Notes: generated from the sequence alone by a model not told the origin. A stretch of 26,987 bases of DNA from Burkholderiaceae bacterium (GCA_013813185.1 JACCSD010000114.1:1-26987); one strand, 5' to 3'; positions 1-10,269 are shown, numbered from the stretch's first letter. Numbers and translations: made by a program.

Positions 1-17
1 CGTCGTCGAGGAGCGGA

Positions 18-145
18 GCGCCAGCGGGTCCTTAAGGGCCTGCCTGTCTGAACGACCGCAGGGAGTGAGTTTGCAGGCCCGCCGATGGCGCGAGTACCGC
101 AGAGAAGGCACGAAGTGCCCGACGCCCAGGCAGCGCAGCGCTGCC
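18..145. repeat. Structured palindromic element (REP/MITE-like candidate)
   Basis: Nested inverted repeats GCGCCA(18-23)/TGGCGC(86-91) and GGGCCTGC(36-43)/GCAGGCCC(73-80), then hairpins GGCAC-GAA-GTGCC (107-119) and GGCAGCG-CAG-CGCTGCC (129-145). Non-coding position downstream of a minus-strand gene. Copy number cannot be judged from one window. Confidence 0.4.
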
Positions 146-170
146 CGCCGCTTGCGCACCGCGACCGGCT

Positions 171-758
171 TCACCGCGCCTTGCTTTCTGCTCCGCCGTC
201 CGCTGCAATCTCCTGACGTTTGCGATACGGTGCGATCACCTGCTTGTCCAGCCAGCGTGAGAACTTGTGGGCGACCGGATCGGTGCGGCGATCGAGCCAC
301 GCCTTAATTCCGATTTCGGAAAATGCCAGCAGTCGCGTGCCGGGCGGTCTGGCGAGGCCGTCGCGTCCTGCAATCTGGCGCACGCGCGCAACGTCGCGTT
401 GGCGGCCGTGCAGATCGAGGGCATCGAACACGTCGGTGGCGGCAATCCAGATCGAATCGCCCTGCATCAGCATCCGTATCTGACGGCCGTCGAATTCGTA
501 GTAGGACCCGTTCCACTCGGCTGAGACGCTGTCAGACTGCCACCGCCACCACCCGCGCAGAGTGCGGTAGCCGGGCCAGAGAAGCCAAAGTCCCCAGAAA
601 GGCGCGACCAACACCAGGCTCAGCGCCCCAGTGCCGGCCCTGATATCGGTCAACCACAGAGTGCCGCCGATGACGCCCCACGCGATCCATATCATCCAGC
701 CCCATCGAACGATGCGCTCGTCTGGGTCGTGTTCAAGCCATGAGACCGGGCGCGTCAT
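171..758 (-). CDS. Membrane protein: two N-terminal TM segments + C-terminal BRO-N-like domain
   Basis: 195 aa. Hydrophobic Trp-rich segments WGWMIWIAWGVIGGTLWL and ALSLVLVAPFWGLWLLWP. Then YEFDGRQIRMLMQGDSIWIAATDVFDAL ... FSEIGIKAWLDRRTDPVAHKFSRWLDKQVIAPYRK, matching the BRO-N pattern F.FEG..VR......PWFVA.DV..AL ... INESGLY.L..RS.KP.A..FKRWV...VLP.IRK. Confidence 0.7.
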   Translation of the reverse strand: MTRPVSWLEHDPDERIVRWGWMIWIAWGVIGGTLWLTDIRAGTGALSLVLVAPFWGLWLLWPGYRTLRGWWRWQSDSVSAEWNGSYYEFDGRQIRMLMQGDSIWIAATDVFDALDLHGRQRDVARVRQIAGRDGLARPPGTRLLAFSEIGIKAWLDRRTDPVAHKFSRWLDKQVIAPYRKRQEIAADGGAESKAR

Positions 759-919
759 CAGCGAGAGCGAATCGGGGTCAGCCGCGCCGGCGCTCCTCCT
801 CCATCAGTTCCTGTTACGAGGTGAACGTAGAAGCCCTTTTCGGCTACAAGCCTGCGGCGCGCTCGTTCTGCGCTGGCGGCGTCGTTCGAATCGATCGACC
901 TTGCGGGTTCGATGCTCAT
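758..919 (-). CDS. Small 53-aa ORF, N-terminal part resembles the 2TM-domain family
   Basis: Not in the ORF track (<60 aa). Manual translation: MSIEPARSIDSNDAASAERARRRLVAEKGFYVHLVTGTDGGGAPARLTPIRSR*. GGAG lies about 9 nt upstream of the ATG. Its TGA overlaps the next ATG (TGATG at 760-756). Confidence 0.55.
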   Translation of the reverse strand: MSIEPARSIDSNDAASAERARRRLVAEKGFYVHLVTGTDGGGAPARLTPIRSR

Positions 920-958
920 CGCGTCAACTCCATCGGAGATGGCGATTATGACTAGGCC

Positions 959-3900
959 TTACTCAGCATTCTTGGCGGGTTGGTGCGTCAGCGCCGGCGC
1001 GCCGTGACGGCGCCCTTTCAAACGCCGTTCCAGCGCATCCAGATATGTGTAGAGCACGGGCACCACGACCAGCGTCAACAGTGTTGACGTGATCACACCG
1101 CCGATAATGGCGCGCCCCATCGGCGCCTGCTGCTCGGAACCTTCGCCGAGCCCGATCGCCAACGGCAACATGCCGAATATCATCGCCGCCGTGGTCATCA
1201 GGATCGGACGCAGGCGCACTTGACCTGCAGCGAGCAAAGCATCGTTGCGCGTCCGGCCCTCGCGCTGGCCCTTGTTCGCAAAGTCAACCAGCAGAATGGC
1301 GTTTTTCGTCACGAGCCCCATCAGGAACACGATGCCGATCATCGAGAAGATGTTCAGCGTCGTATTGGTAATCAGGAGCGCGAGCATGACGCCGACAATC
1401 GACAACGGGAGCGACGCCATGATCGCAAGCGGTTGCAGGAAACTGCCGAATTGCGAGGCGAGCACGATGTAGATGAAGATCACCGCGAGTGCGAGCGCCC
1501 CGAAGATCGCTGCGTTGACTTCTTCCTGCTCGCGAATCTGGCCGCCGACATCGAAACGCAATCCCGGCGGCAGCTCGTAGGCTTTCACCATCGCCTGCAC
1601 TTCTTTGCCCGCATCGCCCGATGGGCGCCCTTCCACGTTGGCCCACAAAGCAATTCTGCGTTGCAAATCCTGGCGCCGGATGTTCTCAGGATTGAAAGTC
1701 CGCTCGATATTGGCAATCGCGCGCAGCGGAATCACCTCGGGCGTGCCGTCGGCCATCTGCCGGCCGGTGGCGATGTTCAAGCCCGAGATATCGTCGACGA
1801 CGGTACGGCTCGCGCGCGGAATCTGCGTGATCACTTCGTAGTTCTGGCCGTCCGGCGCAAGCCAGTAGCCGGAATTTTCGCCGCCGATCAGCGCCCGCAG
1901 CGTCGTGCCGAGCTGCGCATACGTGACGCCGTACTCGGACGCCAGCTCGGGCTTCAGACGAACCGACAGCGCCGGTGTGCCCTCCTTCGCCGACACTTCA
2001 ATATCGGTAATGCCGCGAATCGACAGGATTTTCTGTCGCAAGTCGGCGATCACGCGCTGCATTTCCGCGTCGTTGTTGCCGAGCAGCGCGACATAAATCG
2101 GGCCGCCCCAACCCACTTTCATCTCGATCCCGGGAATCGCCGCGAGCCGCCGGCGGATCGCCTGTTCGAGCTTTTTCTGCGAGCGATCCCGTTCCGAGCG
2201 CGGTACGAGTTTCAAATTCAGGCGGCCGGTGTTCTTCGCGCCCTCGGTGCCGATGCCGGTGTCGATCGAGTCGATCTCCTTGAACTCGCGCAGCGCCTGT
2301 TCGACACGCTTGACGCGCTCGTCGGCGTACTCAAGGCTGGAGCCAACCGGCATCGTCAGCCGCACGCTGGTAAAACTTTGGTCGCTCTCCGGCATCATCT
2401 CGGTGCCCACGATTCCGCCAATCGGAATCGCAAGCGCAAAACTTAGCGCCGCAATCCACAACGTGATTCCGCGCGGGCTGATCGTTGCAAAGCGTGGTTT
2501 CAGGTGGCGGACTTCGAGCGTGCGCAGTGCGCGCCAAACTCCGATCGACGGCAGGCCGACCGGAACATTGAGTTTCGGCACAGTCGTGCCAAGCGTCCAT
2601 TGGCGCGGCGACAGGACCCAGCCGAGCAGCCGGCCATAGATCGCATGCACGCGGTCCATGAAGCGATCGAAGGCGCGCAGCACCGGGCCGACGAAGCGCG
2701 CATCGTGCATGCCGCGCGGCGGATCGCGCCAGACCGCAGAAAGCATCGGATCGAGCGTGAAGCTGACGAACATCGACACCAGCACCGCCACTGCAACAGT
2801 GATGCCGAACGGATAGAAAAACTTCCCGACGATGCCGCCCATAAACGCGATCGGCACGAACACCGCCACGATCGAGAACGTAGTCGCCAGCACGGCAAGA
2901 CCGATCTCGTCGGTCCCTTCGCGCGCCGCCGTGTAGTGGTCTTTTCCCATGTGGATATGGCGCACGATGTTCTCGCGCACCACGATCGCATCGTCGATCA
3001 ACAGGCCGATGCACAGGCTCAACGCCATCATCGTCATATAGTTCAACGTAAAGCCGAACACGCGGAGCGCAATGAAGGTTGCGATGACCGCGATCGGCAG
3101 CGTGAGTCCCGTAATCACGGTGCTGCGCCAGCTGCCGAGGAAGAGGAAGACAATCAGCACGGTCAGCAGCGCGCCTTCGATGATCGTCACCTTGACGTTA
3201 TTGACCGCGCCCTTGACGAAGTCCGAGGTCGAGCGCAGCAGCTTCAGCTCGGTGCCTGCCGGCAACAGCTTGCGGATGTCTTCGGCGGCGATCTTCAGAC
3301 TGTCGCCGACCTGCACGATGTTGGCGTCCTGCGCCTTGAATACGTAGAAGCTGATCGCCGGAGCCCCGTTGATACGGGCGATCGAGCTGCGCTCGCGCTC
3401 GGTATCGAATATTTCGGCGACCTGCGACAGCAGGATCGGCGCCCCGCTTTTGCGCGCGACGATGATCTTGCCGAAATTAGCCGGGTCTTCGATGCGGCCG
3501 TCGACGCGCACAATGGCTTCGACCGTGTTGTTGCTGATCGTGCCGACCGGCACGCTGACATTCGCATTGCGCAGCGCGGTGACAACTTGATCGACGGTCA
3601 GGCCGAAAGCCGTCAGACGTCCCGGGTCGACCCGCACCTGGATCTCGCGAGTCACGGTGCCGCCGAGCGAAACCCGACCGACGCCGCTCACGCGTTCGAA
3701 GCCTTTCTGCACGACCTGCTCGCCGAGCGTCGTCAACTGGCGCTGCGACAGACCGGTCCCCAACAAGGCATAAAAAGCCACCGGCTCGTCGTTCTCGTCG
3801 CCGCCGCGTTGTACGACCGGGTCTTTGACGTCGCGCGGAAATCCGGCGCGGATCTGCGCAATCTTGTCGCGCACTTCCTGCGTCACTCGGTCGGTGTCGA

Positions 3901-4195
3901 CGTCCAGCCGGAACTCGATCCATGAATACGAGATGCCCTCGTACGACGCGGACAGAATGCGCTTGACGCCGGCCACCGTGTTGACGGCATTCTCGATCGG
4001 CTTGGCGATGTCGTTTTCAACCTGCTCGGGCGACGCGCCCGGATAGCGCACCTGGATCGACACGACCGGCGGACGCACATCCGGCATCGCTTCGACCCCT
4101 AGCTTGGCGTACGAAAAGAGCCCGAGTACGGTGAGCGCCACCATCACCATCGTGGCAAACACGGGGTGATTGATCGAAACGCGCGTGATCCACAT
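959..4195 (-). CDS. RND efflux transporter permease subunit (AcrB/AcrD/AcrF family)
   Basis: 1078 aa with two large periplasmic domains and 12-TM layout. Motifs [28 protein letters not shown] and RLRPILMTT. Confidence 0.97.
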   Translation of the reverse strand: MWITRVSINHPVFATMVMVALTVLGLFSYAKLGVEAMPDVRPPVVSIQVRYPGASPEQVENDIAKPIENAVNTVAGVKRILSASYEGISYSWIEFRLDVDTDRVTQEVRDKIAQIRAGFPRDVKDPVVQRGGDENDEPVAFYALLGTGLSQRQLTTLGEQVVQKGFERVSGVGRVSLGGTVTREIQVRVDPGRLTAFGLTVDQVVTALRNANVSVPVGTISNNTVEAIVRVDGRIEDPANFGKIIVARKSGAPILLSQVAEIFDTERERSSIARINGAPAISFYVFKAQDANIVQVGDSLKIAAEDIRKLLPAGTELKLLRSTSDFVKGAVNNVKVTIIEGALLTVLIVFLFLGSWRSTVITGLTLPIAVIATFIALRVFGFTLNYMTMMALSLCIGLLIDDAIVVRENIVRHIHMGKDHYTAAREGTDEIGLAVLATTFSIVAVFVPIAFMGGIVGKFFYPFGITVAVAVLVSMFVSFTLDPMLSAVWRDPPRGMHDARFVGPVLRAFDRFMDRVHAIYGRLLGWVLSPRQWTLGTTVPKLNVPVGLPSIGVWRALRTLEVRHLKPRFATISPRGITLWIAALSFALAIPIGGIVGTEMMPESDQSFTSVRLTMPVGSSLEYADERVKRVEQALREFKEIDSIDTGIGTEGAKNTGRLNLKLVPRSERDRSQKKLEQAIRRRLAAIPGIEMKVGWGGPIYVALLGNNDAEMQRVIADLRQKILSIRGITDIEVSAKEGTPALSVRLKPELASEYGVTYAQLGTTLRALIGGENSGYWLAPDGQNYEVITQIPRASRTVVDDISGLNIATGRQMADGTPEVIPLRAIANIERTFNPENIRRQDLQRRIALWANVEGRPSGDAGKEVQAMVKAYELPPGLRFDVGGQIREQEEVNAAIFGALALAVIFIYIVLASQFGSFLQPLAIMASLPLSIVGVMLALLITNTTLNIFSMIGIVFLMGLVTKNAILLVDFANKGQREGRTRNDALLAAGQVRLRPILMTTAAMIFGMLPLAIGLGEGSEQQAPMGRAIIGGVITSTLLTLVVVPVLYTYLDALERRLKGRRHGAPALTHQPAKNAE

Positions 4196-4211
4196 CGGCG
4201 GATTCTCGGAG

Positions 4212-5381
4212 CTAGTTTCTCGCCGGCGCCTGGCGATTTCTGTCGGCGACGCTCGACTCGGCAGCCAGGCTGATCACTTTCGCGGCGAGTCCATCCTTCA
4301 GATTGTCGAACTTGGTGGCGAGCACGACTTCCCCCGGCGCCAATCCCGAGGTCACTTCGATCAGCTGGGCCCGCTCGTCGCGCTTGCCGGTGGCGATGTT
4401 GCGGCGGGCGAGTTTCTCATCGACGACGACCCATACGAAAGTCTGCGCAGCTTCGGTGCGCACTGCCGACAGCGGCAGCGCAGGGACTTCGATTTCCGGA
4501 GAAATCGTCAGCAGCACGCGCGCGAACATGCCGGCCTTCAACAAAGAATCCTCATTCGCGAGCGACACATAGACATTGATCGTGCGCGTTCCGGGCTCCG
4601 CGCTTGGATTGATGCGCTCGACCCCTCCCTCAAACTTGCGACCGTCGATGCCCTCGACGCTGATCTGAGCCGGCATGCCCTTGCGAATCTGAGTGACGTC
4701 GGAGATCGGCACCTGTGCCTGCACCTCCAGCTGTGCCAGATCGACGATCGACAGCAAGGGCGCATCGAAGCTCACCTTCTCGCCGGGCTGCACATGACGC
4801 TTCGATACCGTTCCGGAAATGGGCGCGCGCACGACGGCATCGGTCATCGACAGTTGGGTCAGCTCGAGCTGTGCCTGAGCGGTCGCAACAGCCGCAATCT
4901 GCACTTGATGTGCGCTACTGGCGGTATCGAACGCATTCTGCGAAATGAAGTTCTGCTTAAGCAGTTGCGAGTTTGCCTGCCGCGTGCGGTCGGCCATCGC
5001 CAACTGCGCACGCGAAGACTCGAGCGCCGCCTTGCGCTCGGCCATTTGCGCGCGTAACTGCGCAGTATCGAACTCCGCGATCGACTGACCGGCAGTGACA
5101 CGGTCGCCCTCACGGACCAGCACCCGTTTGACTTCCGCCGACAGCTTGGCGCGCACGGTCGCCTGCGAAACGGCGTGCACCGAGCCCGGCACCGCGAGCT
5201 CAACCGCCAGACGCTTCGCTTGCAGCGAGACGACGTCGCGTTGCGCAAATTCAAGCGGCGGGCGCTCCCGCTTCTTTGCGGAGTCTCCGTCTGCCTTCTT
5301 CGACGAGATCGCGATCGCGGCGCCCGCGATCCCGACGGCAGCCAACGCCGCGGTCAGTATCCATCCTGTGCGCTTACGCAT
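4212..5381 (-). CDS. RND efflux periplasmic adaptor (membrane fusion protein)
   Basis: N-terminal anchor (MRKRTGWILTAALAAVGIAG), lipoyl-like VLVREGDRVTAGQ, alpha-hairpin, VRAPISGTV. Directly upstream of the RND permease. Start at ATG 5381 preferred over the ORF-track start 5405. Confidence 0.95.
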   Translation of the reverse strand: MRKRTGWILTAALAAVGIAGAAIAISSKKADGDSAKKRERPPLEFAQRDVVSLQAKRLAVELAVPGSVHAVSQATVRAKLSAEVKRVLVREGDRVTAGQSIAEFDTAQLRAQMAERKAALESSRAQLAMADRTRQANSQLLKQNFISQNAFDTASSAHQVQIAAVATAQAQLELTQLSMTDAVVRAPISGTVSKRHVQPGEKVSFDAPLLSIVDLAQLEVQAQVPISDVTQIRKGMPAQISVEGIDGRKFEGGVERINPSAEPGTRTINVYVSLANEDSLLKAGMFARVLLTISPEIEVPALPLSAVRTEAAQTFVWVVVDEKLARRNIATGKRDERAQLIEVTSGLAPGEVVLATKFDNLKDGLAAKVISLAAESSVADRNRQAPARN

Positions 5382-5437
5382 TCCAAGAATCCCCCTGGGA
5401 TGCATGACTCGTGGCCAGGCACCCGTAATGGGGCGCG

Positions 5438-5465
5438 ATTATCCTCGACCCGGGATGGGCGTCAC
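5438..5465 (-). promoter_or_regulatory. Possible sigma70 promoter of the efflux operon
   Basis: Minus strand GTGACG (5465-5460) - 16 nt - GATAAT (5443-5438), about 57 nt upstream of the adaptor ATG. Weak match only. Confidence 0.3.
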
Positions 5466-5531
5466 CGGCGCTGCGACGAACTGCGGCGAGGTGCGACGAA
5501 ATGCAGGGACTTCAGGTTCAGCGTGCCGGAC

Positions 5532-7001
5532 TTACTCTTCCAACCCGAGATCCTGAATCTTGCGAGTGATCGTGTTGCGCCCCAGGCCAAGGCGCGTAGC
5601 GGCATCGATCCGCCGCCCGTGGGTGTGCTTGAGCGCAGTGCGGATCACCGTCGCTTCGAATTCGCGCGCCAGCGCGTCCATCACGTCTGGGGTGCCGGCC
5701 TTTAACCGGCGTTCGACTTCTGCGGTCAGTTGCGTCAGCCAGTCCTGATCCGACCACGCCGTCGCAGGCGGTACCAGCATCGGCAGCGGAGCTCCGTTGA
5801 CCGCAGTCGCGGCGCCTGCCGGCGCCGCCGTGCTCAGTGGCGATCCCGTGTCGTGCCGGATTTCCAGCGGCAGATCTTCGACTTTCACGATTTGTGCCGG
5901 AGCGAGCACGGTCAACCAATGACAGAGATTCTCGAGCTGCCGCACGTTGCCGGGAAACGGCAGCTGGCTAACGAAAGCCAAAGCCTCGTCGGATAAGCGC
6001 TTGGGTTCGACCGCAAGCTCCGCTGCGCTCTTGGCGAGGAAGTGGCGCGCCAGCAGCGCGATGTCTTCGCGACGCTCGCGCAGCGACGGTAGCCGCAGCT
6101 TGATCACATTCAAGCGGTGGTACAGATCTTCGCGGAAAGAACCCTGGCGCACCCGCTCTTCGAGGTTCTGATGAGTCGCGGCGATCACGCGCGCAGCAGC
6201 CTTGATCGGCTGATGCCCGCCGACACGGTAGTACGTTCCGTCCGACAACACACGCAACAAGCGCGTCTGCAGCTCTGACGGCATGTCGCCGATTTCGTCG
6301 AGAAACAGAGTCCCGCCTGCGGCCTGCTCGAAGCGGCCCCGCCGCATTGCCTGGGCGCCGGTGAACGCGCCGCGCTCGTGGCCGAACAATTCGCTTTCGA
6401 GCAGGTCACGCGGAATCGCCGCCATGTTGAGTGCGATGAACGGCATCTGTGTGCGCGGGCTGTGCTTGTGCAGCGCACGCGCGACGACCTCCTTGCCGCT
6501 GCCCGACTCGCCGGTCAACAGCACCGTCACATTTGACTGAGACAGGCGGCCGATCGCGCGAAACACTTCCTGCATCGACGGCGCCTGTCCCAGAATTTCC
6601 GGGACGTCCGACGGCGACTCATCGGCCTGCGATTCGCGCACGCTTTCATCGACGGCGCGCCGGATCAACTCGACCGCCTTGTCGAGGTCGAACGGCTTCG
6701 GAAGATATTCGAATGCGCCACCCTGAAAGGAAGACACCGCACTGTCGAGGTCCGAGAACGCCGTCATGATGATCACCGGCAGTGCGGGATGCTTGCGCTT
6801 GACCGCCCGCAATAGCTCGGTGCCGTTGACGCCGGGCATGCGGATGTCCGACACCAGAACCTGGGGAGTGTCGTGCTCGAGTTCGGACAACACTTCCTGC
6901 GCGCCACTAAATGCCTTACAGGGAATGTTCTCGCGCGCGAGCGCTTTTTCCAGCACCCAGCGTATCGAGCGGTCGTCGTCGACGATCCAGACGGGTTTCA
7001 T
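5532..7001 (-). CDS. ntrC: Nitrogen regulation response regulator NtrC (GlnG)
   Basis: Receiver (VWIVDDD, VSDIRMPG), AAA+ (GESGSGKE, ELFGHERGAFTGA, LFLDEIGDM), C-terminal Fis-type HTH (AATRLGLGRNTITRKI). In operon with glnA and ntrB. Confidence 0.97.
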   Translation of the reverse strand: MKPVWIVDDDRSIRWVLEKALARENIPCKAFSGAQEVLSELEHDTPQVLVSDIRMPGVNGTELLRAVKRKHPALPVIIMTAFSDLDSAVSSFQGGAFEYLPKPFDLDKAVELIRRAVDESVRESQADESPSDVPEILGQAPSMQEVFRAIGRLSQSNVTVLLTGESGSGKEVVARALHKHSPRTQMPFIALNMAAIPRDLLESELFGHERGAFTGAQAMRRGRFEQAAGGTLFLDEIGDMPSELQTRLLRVLSDGTYYRVGGHQPIKAAARVIAATHQNLEERVRQGSFREDLYHRLNVIKLRLPSLRERREDIALLARHFLAKSAAELAVEPKRLSDEALAFVSQLPFPGNVRQLENLCHWLTVLAPAQIVKVEDLPLEIRHDTGSPLSTAAPAGAATAVNGAPLPMLVPPATAWSDQDWLTQLTAEVERRLKAGTPDVMDALAREFEATVIRTALKHTHGRRIDAATRLGLGRNTITRKIQDLGLEE

Positions 7002-8080
7002 GCCAGTGGGATCAGGATCCGGAAATTGGTGCGGCCCGGGCGACTGTCGGCTTCGATCATGCCGTCGTGTTGCTGAATGAACGTTTGCGCAAGCGTTAGA
7101 CCGAGCCCGTTGCCACCGTCGCGGCCCGATACCAACGGAAAGAAAATCCGGTCCTTCAGATGATCAGCAATCCCGGGGCCGTTGTCGACGACATGCAGAT
7201 CGAGTGCCAGCCGGTGCCGCGCGCGCGCAATCGTCACTTGCCGCGCGACGCGGGTGCGCAACACGATTTCGGCGTCTCCAGCCGCGATGCGCCCGTCGAG
7301 CGCCTGGGCGGCGTTACGCACGACGTTGAGAAGGGCCTGGATCAGCTGCTCCTTGTCGCCGCGAAACTCGGGAGCACTCGCGTCGTAATCACGCGTGATC
7401 GCCAGCCCGCGCGGGAACTCGGAGACCATGATCAGCCGCACCCGCTCGCACACTTCGTGAATATTGACATCCGAGACCACACGCGGAGAGCGATGCGGCA
7501 TCAGCAAGCGATCGACCAGCGCATGCAGCCGATCGGCCTCCGCGATGATGACGCGCGTGTATTCGCGCTGCTCGCTGCTCGCAAGCTCGGCTTCGAGCAA
7601 CTGCGCGGCGCCACGCACGCCGCCCAGCGGATTCTTGATCTCGTGCGCAAGATTGCGCAGCAGCTCGCGGTTTGCTTCGGTCAAACCGATCTGCCGCTCT
7701 TCGCGGTCGACCTTTAGTTGTTGCTCGATCTCGGTGATCTCGAGCACCAGCGGAATGTTGTCAACGAACTGGACGGCGGCGATCACACGCACCGGCAGTG
7801 GATCGCGCCCCAGCCTGCGCAGTTCCATGATTTGCTTGCGCTGCCCAAAGGCGTTGGCTTGCGCATCCCCAACCAACTGCCGCATCTCCGCGTCATCACC
7901 CAACACCCGGCACGCGAGCTGACCCACCAGCGTCTTGCGCGATGTATCGAAGAGCAGCTCGGCCGACTGATTGACATGGGCGACCCTTCCGCCACTGTCG
8001 ACCAGCAACACCGCCGTCGACAGCAGGTCGAGGCCGTCGTAGGAATGCTGAGTCAGTGCGAACAGCTCGACCGCGCTCAT
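6998..8080 (-). CDS. ntrB: Nitrogen regulation sensor kinase NtrB (GlnL)
   Basis: PAS-like N-terminus, H-box LAHEIKNPLGGVRGAAQLL, N-box LLNVVRNAAQA, DNGPGI and GNGLGL. ATGA overlap with ntrC. Confidence 0.97.
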   Translation of the reverse strand: MSAVELFALTQHSYDGLDLLSTAVLLVDSGGRVAHVNQSAELLFDTSRKTLVGQLACRVLGDDAEMRQLVGDAQANAFGQRKQIMELRRLGRDPLPVRVIAAVQFVDNIPLVLEITEIEQQLKVDREERQIGLTEANRELLRNLAHEIKNPLGGVRGAAQLLEAELASSEQREYTRVIIAEADRLHALVDRLLMPHRSPRVVSDVNIHEVCERVRLIMVSEFPRGLAITRDYDASAPEFRGDKEQLIQALLNVVRNAAQALDGRIAAGDAEIVLRTRVARQVTIARARHRLALDLHVVDNGPGIADHLKDRIFFPLVSGRDGGNGLGLTLAQTFIQQHDGMIEADSRPGRTNFRILIPLA

Positions 8081-8110
8081 GCGCGGCCCAGCGTAACGAG
8101 GAAAACCGAC

Positions 8111-8626
8111 CTACTGGATTTTGAGAAGCGACATCTCGCGCGCGAGCGCGCGGACGTTGTTCTCGGTGCGAGCGATGTCTTCCTGCAAACGCTGCGTGCG
8201 CTCTTTGTAAAGCACGAAGTTGCGTTCATCGCCGCGCCGCTCGGGCTCGCCGTTGTTGAACTCGGACTTGAGTTTGGCCAGGCGCTCTTCCTCGGCCCGC
8301 AGCTCGTCTTCCAGAATGCGCCGCCGATCGCTGTCGCGTGTGCGCTGCGTGTCGCCGTCGACCCGCGGAAAGCTGGCCGGCGATACCGATGCGCGCGGCT
8401 CGGCCGAGGGTTGCACTGCGCTCCTGGCTTGCGGCACACGCGACGCCGGCAGCGTCAAGATCGGCTGCACGTCCATGCGCTTGCAGGTCTTGACATTGCC
8501 GGTGTTGGTGAACTGCTTCTCCCCATTTTCGCCGACGCAGACAAAAATTTCGGAGGATTGCGCCGACACGCCGGTCGACAATAAGGCGCAGGAAACGAAA
8601 CCGAGGACTGAGGCAAGACGCGTCAC
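8111..8626 (-). CDS. DUF4124-like secreted/periplasmic protein
   Basis: Signal peptide (VLGFVSCALLSTGVSA), IFVCVGENGEKQFTN motif, Pro/Ala linker, C-terminal coiled coil. Position between glnA and ntrB. Confidence 0.75.
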   Translation of the reverse strand: MTRLASVLGFVSCALLSTGVSAQSSEIFVCVGENGEKQFTNTGNVKTCKRMDVQPILTLPASRVPQARSAVQPSAEPRASVSPASFPRVDGDTQRTRDSDRRRILEDELRAEEERLAKLKSEFNNGEPERRGDERNFVLYKERTQRLQEDIARTENNVRALAREMSLLKIQ

Positions 8627-8785
8627 GGGGCGATTCCCTGGCAGGCGAGAGGCGCGCAGTGTAAGTCAGTACTTCGCGGTTGCATCCACGGAGTAAGCCG
8701 TCTTGACGGTCCAGTTCCCGCATTCGTGGGAGGGCGCGCTGGTGCTCCAACTGGCCGCCCCGCTTTTCGTCGCGCCGCCGCGACT

Positions 8786-10198
8786 CTACGAGCTGTAGTA
8801 CATGTCGAATTCGAGCGGATGAGTCGTCATCCGAAAGCGCGTGACCTCGTCCATTTTGAGCGCGATGTAGGCGTCGATCAGATCGTTGCTGAACACGCCG
8901 CCGCGCGTCAAAAACTCGCGGTCGTTGTCCAGGTACTCGAGCGCCTGCTCGAGCGACGAACATACCGTCGGAATCTTCGCGTCTTCTTCCGGCGGCAGGT
9001 CGTACAGGTTCTTGTCGGCGGGCTCGCCCGGATGGATCTTGTTCTGCACACCATCGAGCCCGGCCATCATCATCGCGGCAAACGCCATATACCCGTTGGC
9101 GGTCGGATCGGGGAAGCGTACTTCGATGCGGCGCCCTTTCGGGTTCGGAACGTAAGGAATGCGAATCGATGCCGAGCGGTTGCGCGCCGAGTAAGCCAGT
9201 TTCACCGGCGCCTCGAACCCTGGCACCAGCCGCTTGTACGAATTGGTGCCGGGATTGGTGATCGCATTCAATGCGCGCGCGTGCTTGATGATCCCCCCGA
9301 TGTAGTGCAGTGCGAAGTCCGAGAGACCGGCGTAGCCGTTGCCGGCAAAGAGGTTCGTGCTGCCGTTCCAGATCGACTGATGCACGTGCATGCCCGAGCC
9401 GTTGTCGCCCACGACCGGCTTCGGCATGAACGTCGCCGTCTTGCCGTAGCTCGCCGCGACGTTCCACACCGTGTACTTGAGGATCTGCAGCCAATCGGCG
9501 CGCTTGGTGAGCGTCGTGAACTTGGTGCCGATCTCGCACTGCCCCGGCGCCGCGACTTCATGATGATGCACCTCGACTTCGACGCCCTGCTGCTCGAGCA
9601 GCAGGCACATTTCCGAGCGAATATCCTGCAACGAGTCGGTCGGCGGCACCGGAAAGTAGCCGCCCTTCAGCGCAGGGCGATGCGCCAGGTTGCCCGCTTC
9701 GTAGTCGATGCCGGTCGACCACGGCGCCTCTTCGGACTTGATGCGCACCATCGAGCCCGACATGTCGACGCTCCATGTGACCGCATCAAAGATGAAGAAC
9801 TCAGGCTCGGGACCGAAGTACGCGATGTCGCCGACACCCGTCGATTTCAAATACGCCTCGGCGCGCTTGGCGAGCGAGCGTGGATCGCGGTCATATCCTT
9901 TGCCGGTCGACGGCTCGATCACGTCGCAGGTGAGGATCAGCGTGTTCTCTTCACGAAACGGGTCCATCCGCGCCGTGCCGGGATCCGGCATCAGCAGCAT
10001 GTCGGACGCTTCAATCCCCTTCCAGCCGGCGATCGACGAGCCGTCGAAAGCGTGCCCCAACTCGAACTTGTCGTCCTCGAACGCTTTGACGGGCACCGAG
10101 ACGTGCTGCTCCTTGCCTTTGGTATCGGTGAAACGAAGGTCGACGAACAACACTTCGTTGTCTTTTATTGTTTTCATTACGTCTTTGGCCGTCGCCAT
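8786..10198 (-). CDS. glnA: Type I glutamine synthetase
   Basis: 470 aa. [30 protein letters not shown], adenylylation motif [17 protein letters not shown]. Confidence 0.99.
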   Translation of the reverse strand: MATAKDVMKTIKDNEVLFVDLRFTDTKGKEQHVSVPVKAFEDDKFELGHAFDGSSIAGWKGIEASDMLLMPDPGTARMDPFREENTLILTCDVIEPSTGKGYDRDPRSLAKRAEAYLKSTGVGDIAYFGPEPEFFIFDAVTWSVDMSGSMVRIKSEEAPWSTGIDYEAGNLAHRPALKGGYFPVPPTDSLQDIRSEMCLLLEQQGVEVEVHHHEVAAPGQCEIGTKFTTLTKRADWLQILKYTVWNVAASYGKTATFMPKPVVGDNGSGMHVHQSIWNGSTNLFAGNGYAGLSDFALHYIGGIIKHARALNAITNPGTNSYKRLVPGFEAPVKLAYSARNRSASIRIPYVPNPKGRRIEVRFPDPTANGYMAFAAMMMAGLDGVQNKIHPGEPADKNLYDLPPEEDAKIPTVCSSLEQALEYLDNDREFLTRGGVFSNDLIDAYIALKMDEVTRFRMTTHPLEFDMYYSS

Positions 10199-10269
10199 TC
10201 CAGGTTCTCCTAGCCGTTAGGGGTGGTGACGCGATAATTTTTTATCGCCATTTGCTGCTGCAGCGCATC

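Noticed and set aside
171-758. BRO-N gene as a prophage remnant
   Set aside because: No other phage genes or att-like repeats in the window, and it is coupled to a chromosomal-looking operon. Sequence left of the window is unseen.
1220-3925. 408-aa and 473-aa plus-strand ORFs
   Set aside because: Antisense shadows of the RND permease; Arg/His-rich translations typical of reverse frames.
5402-5417. sigma54-like motif upstream of the efflux adaptor (TGGCCACGAGTCATGC)
   Set aside because: Spacing is GG-N11-GC; sigma54 requires strict N10.
8726-10213. 495-aa plus-strand ORF
   Set aside because: Antisense shadow of glnA with no recognisable motifs; long antisense ORFs are expected with GC-rich codon bias.
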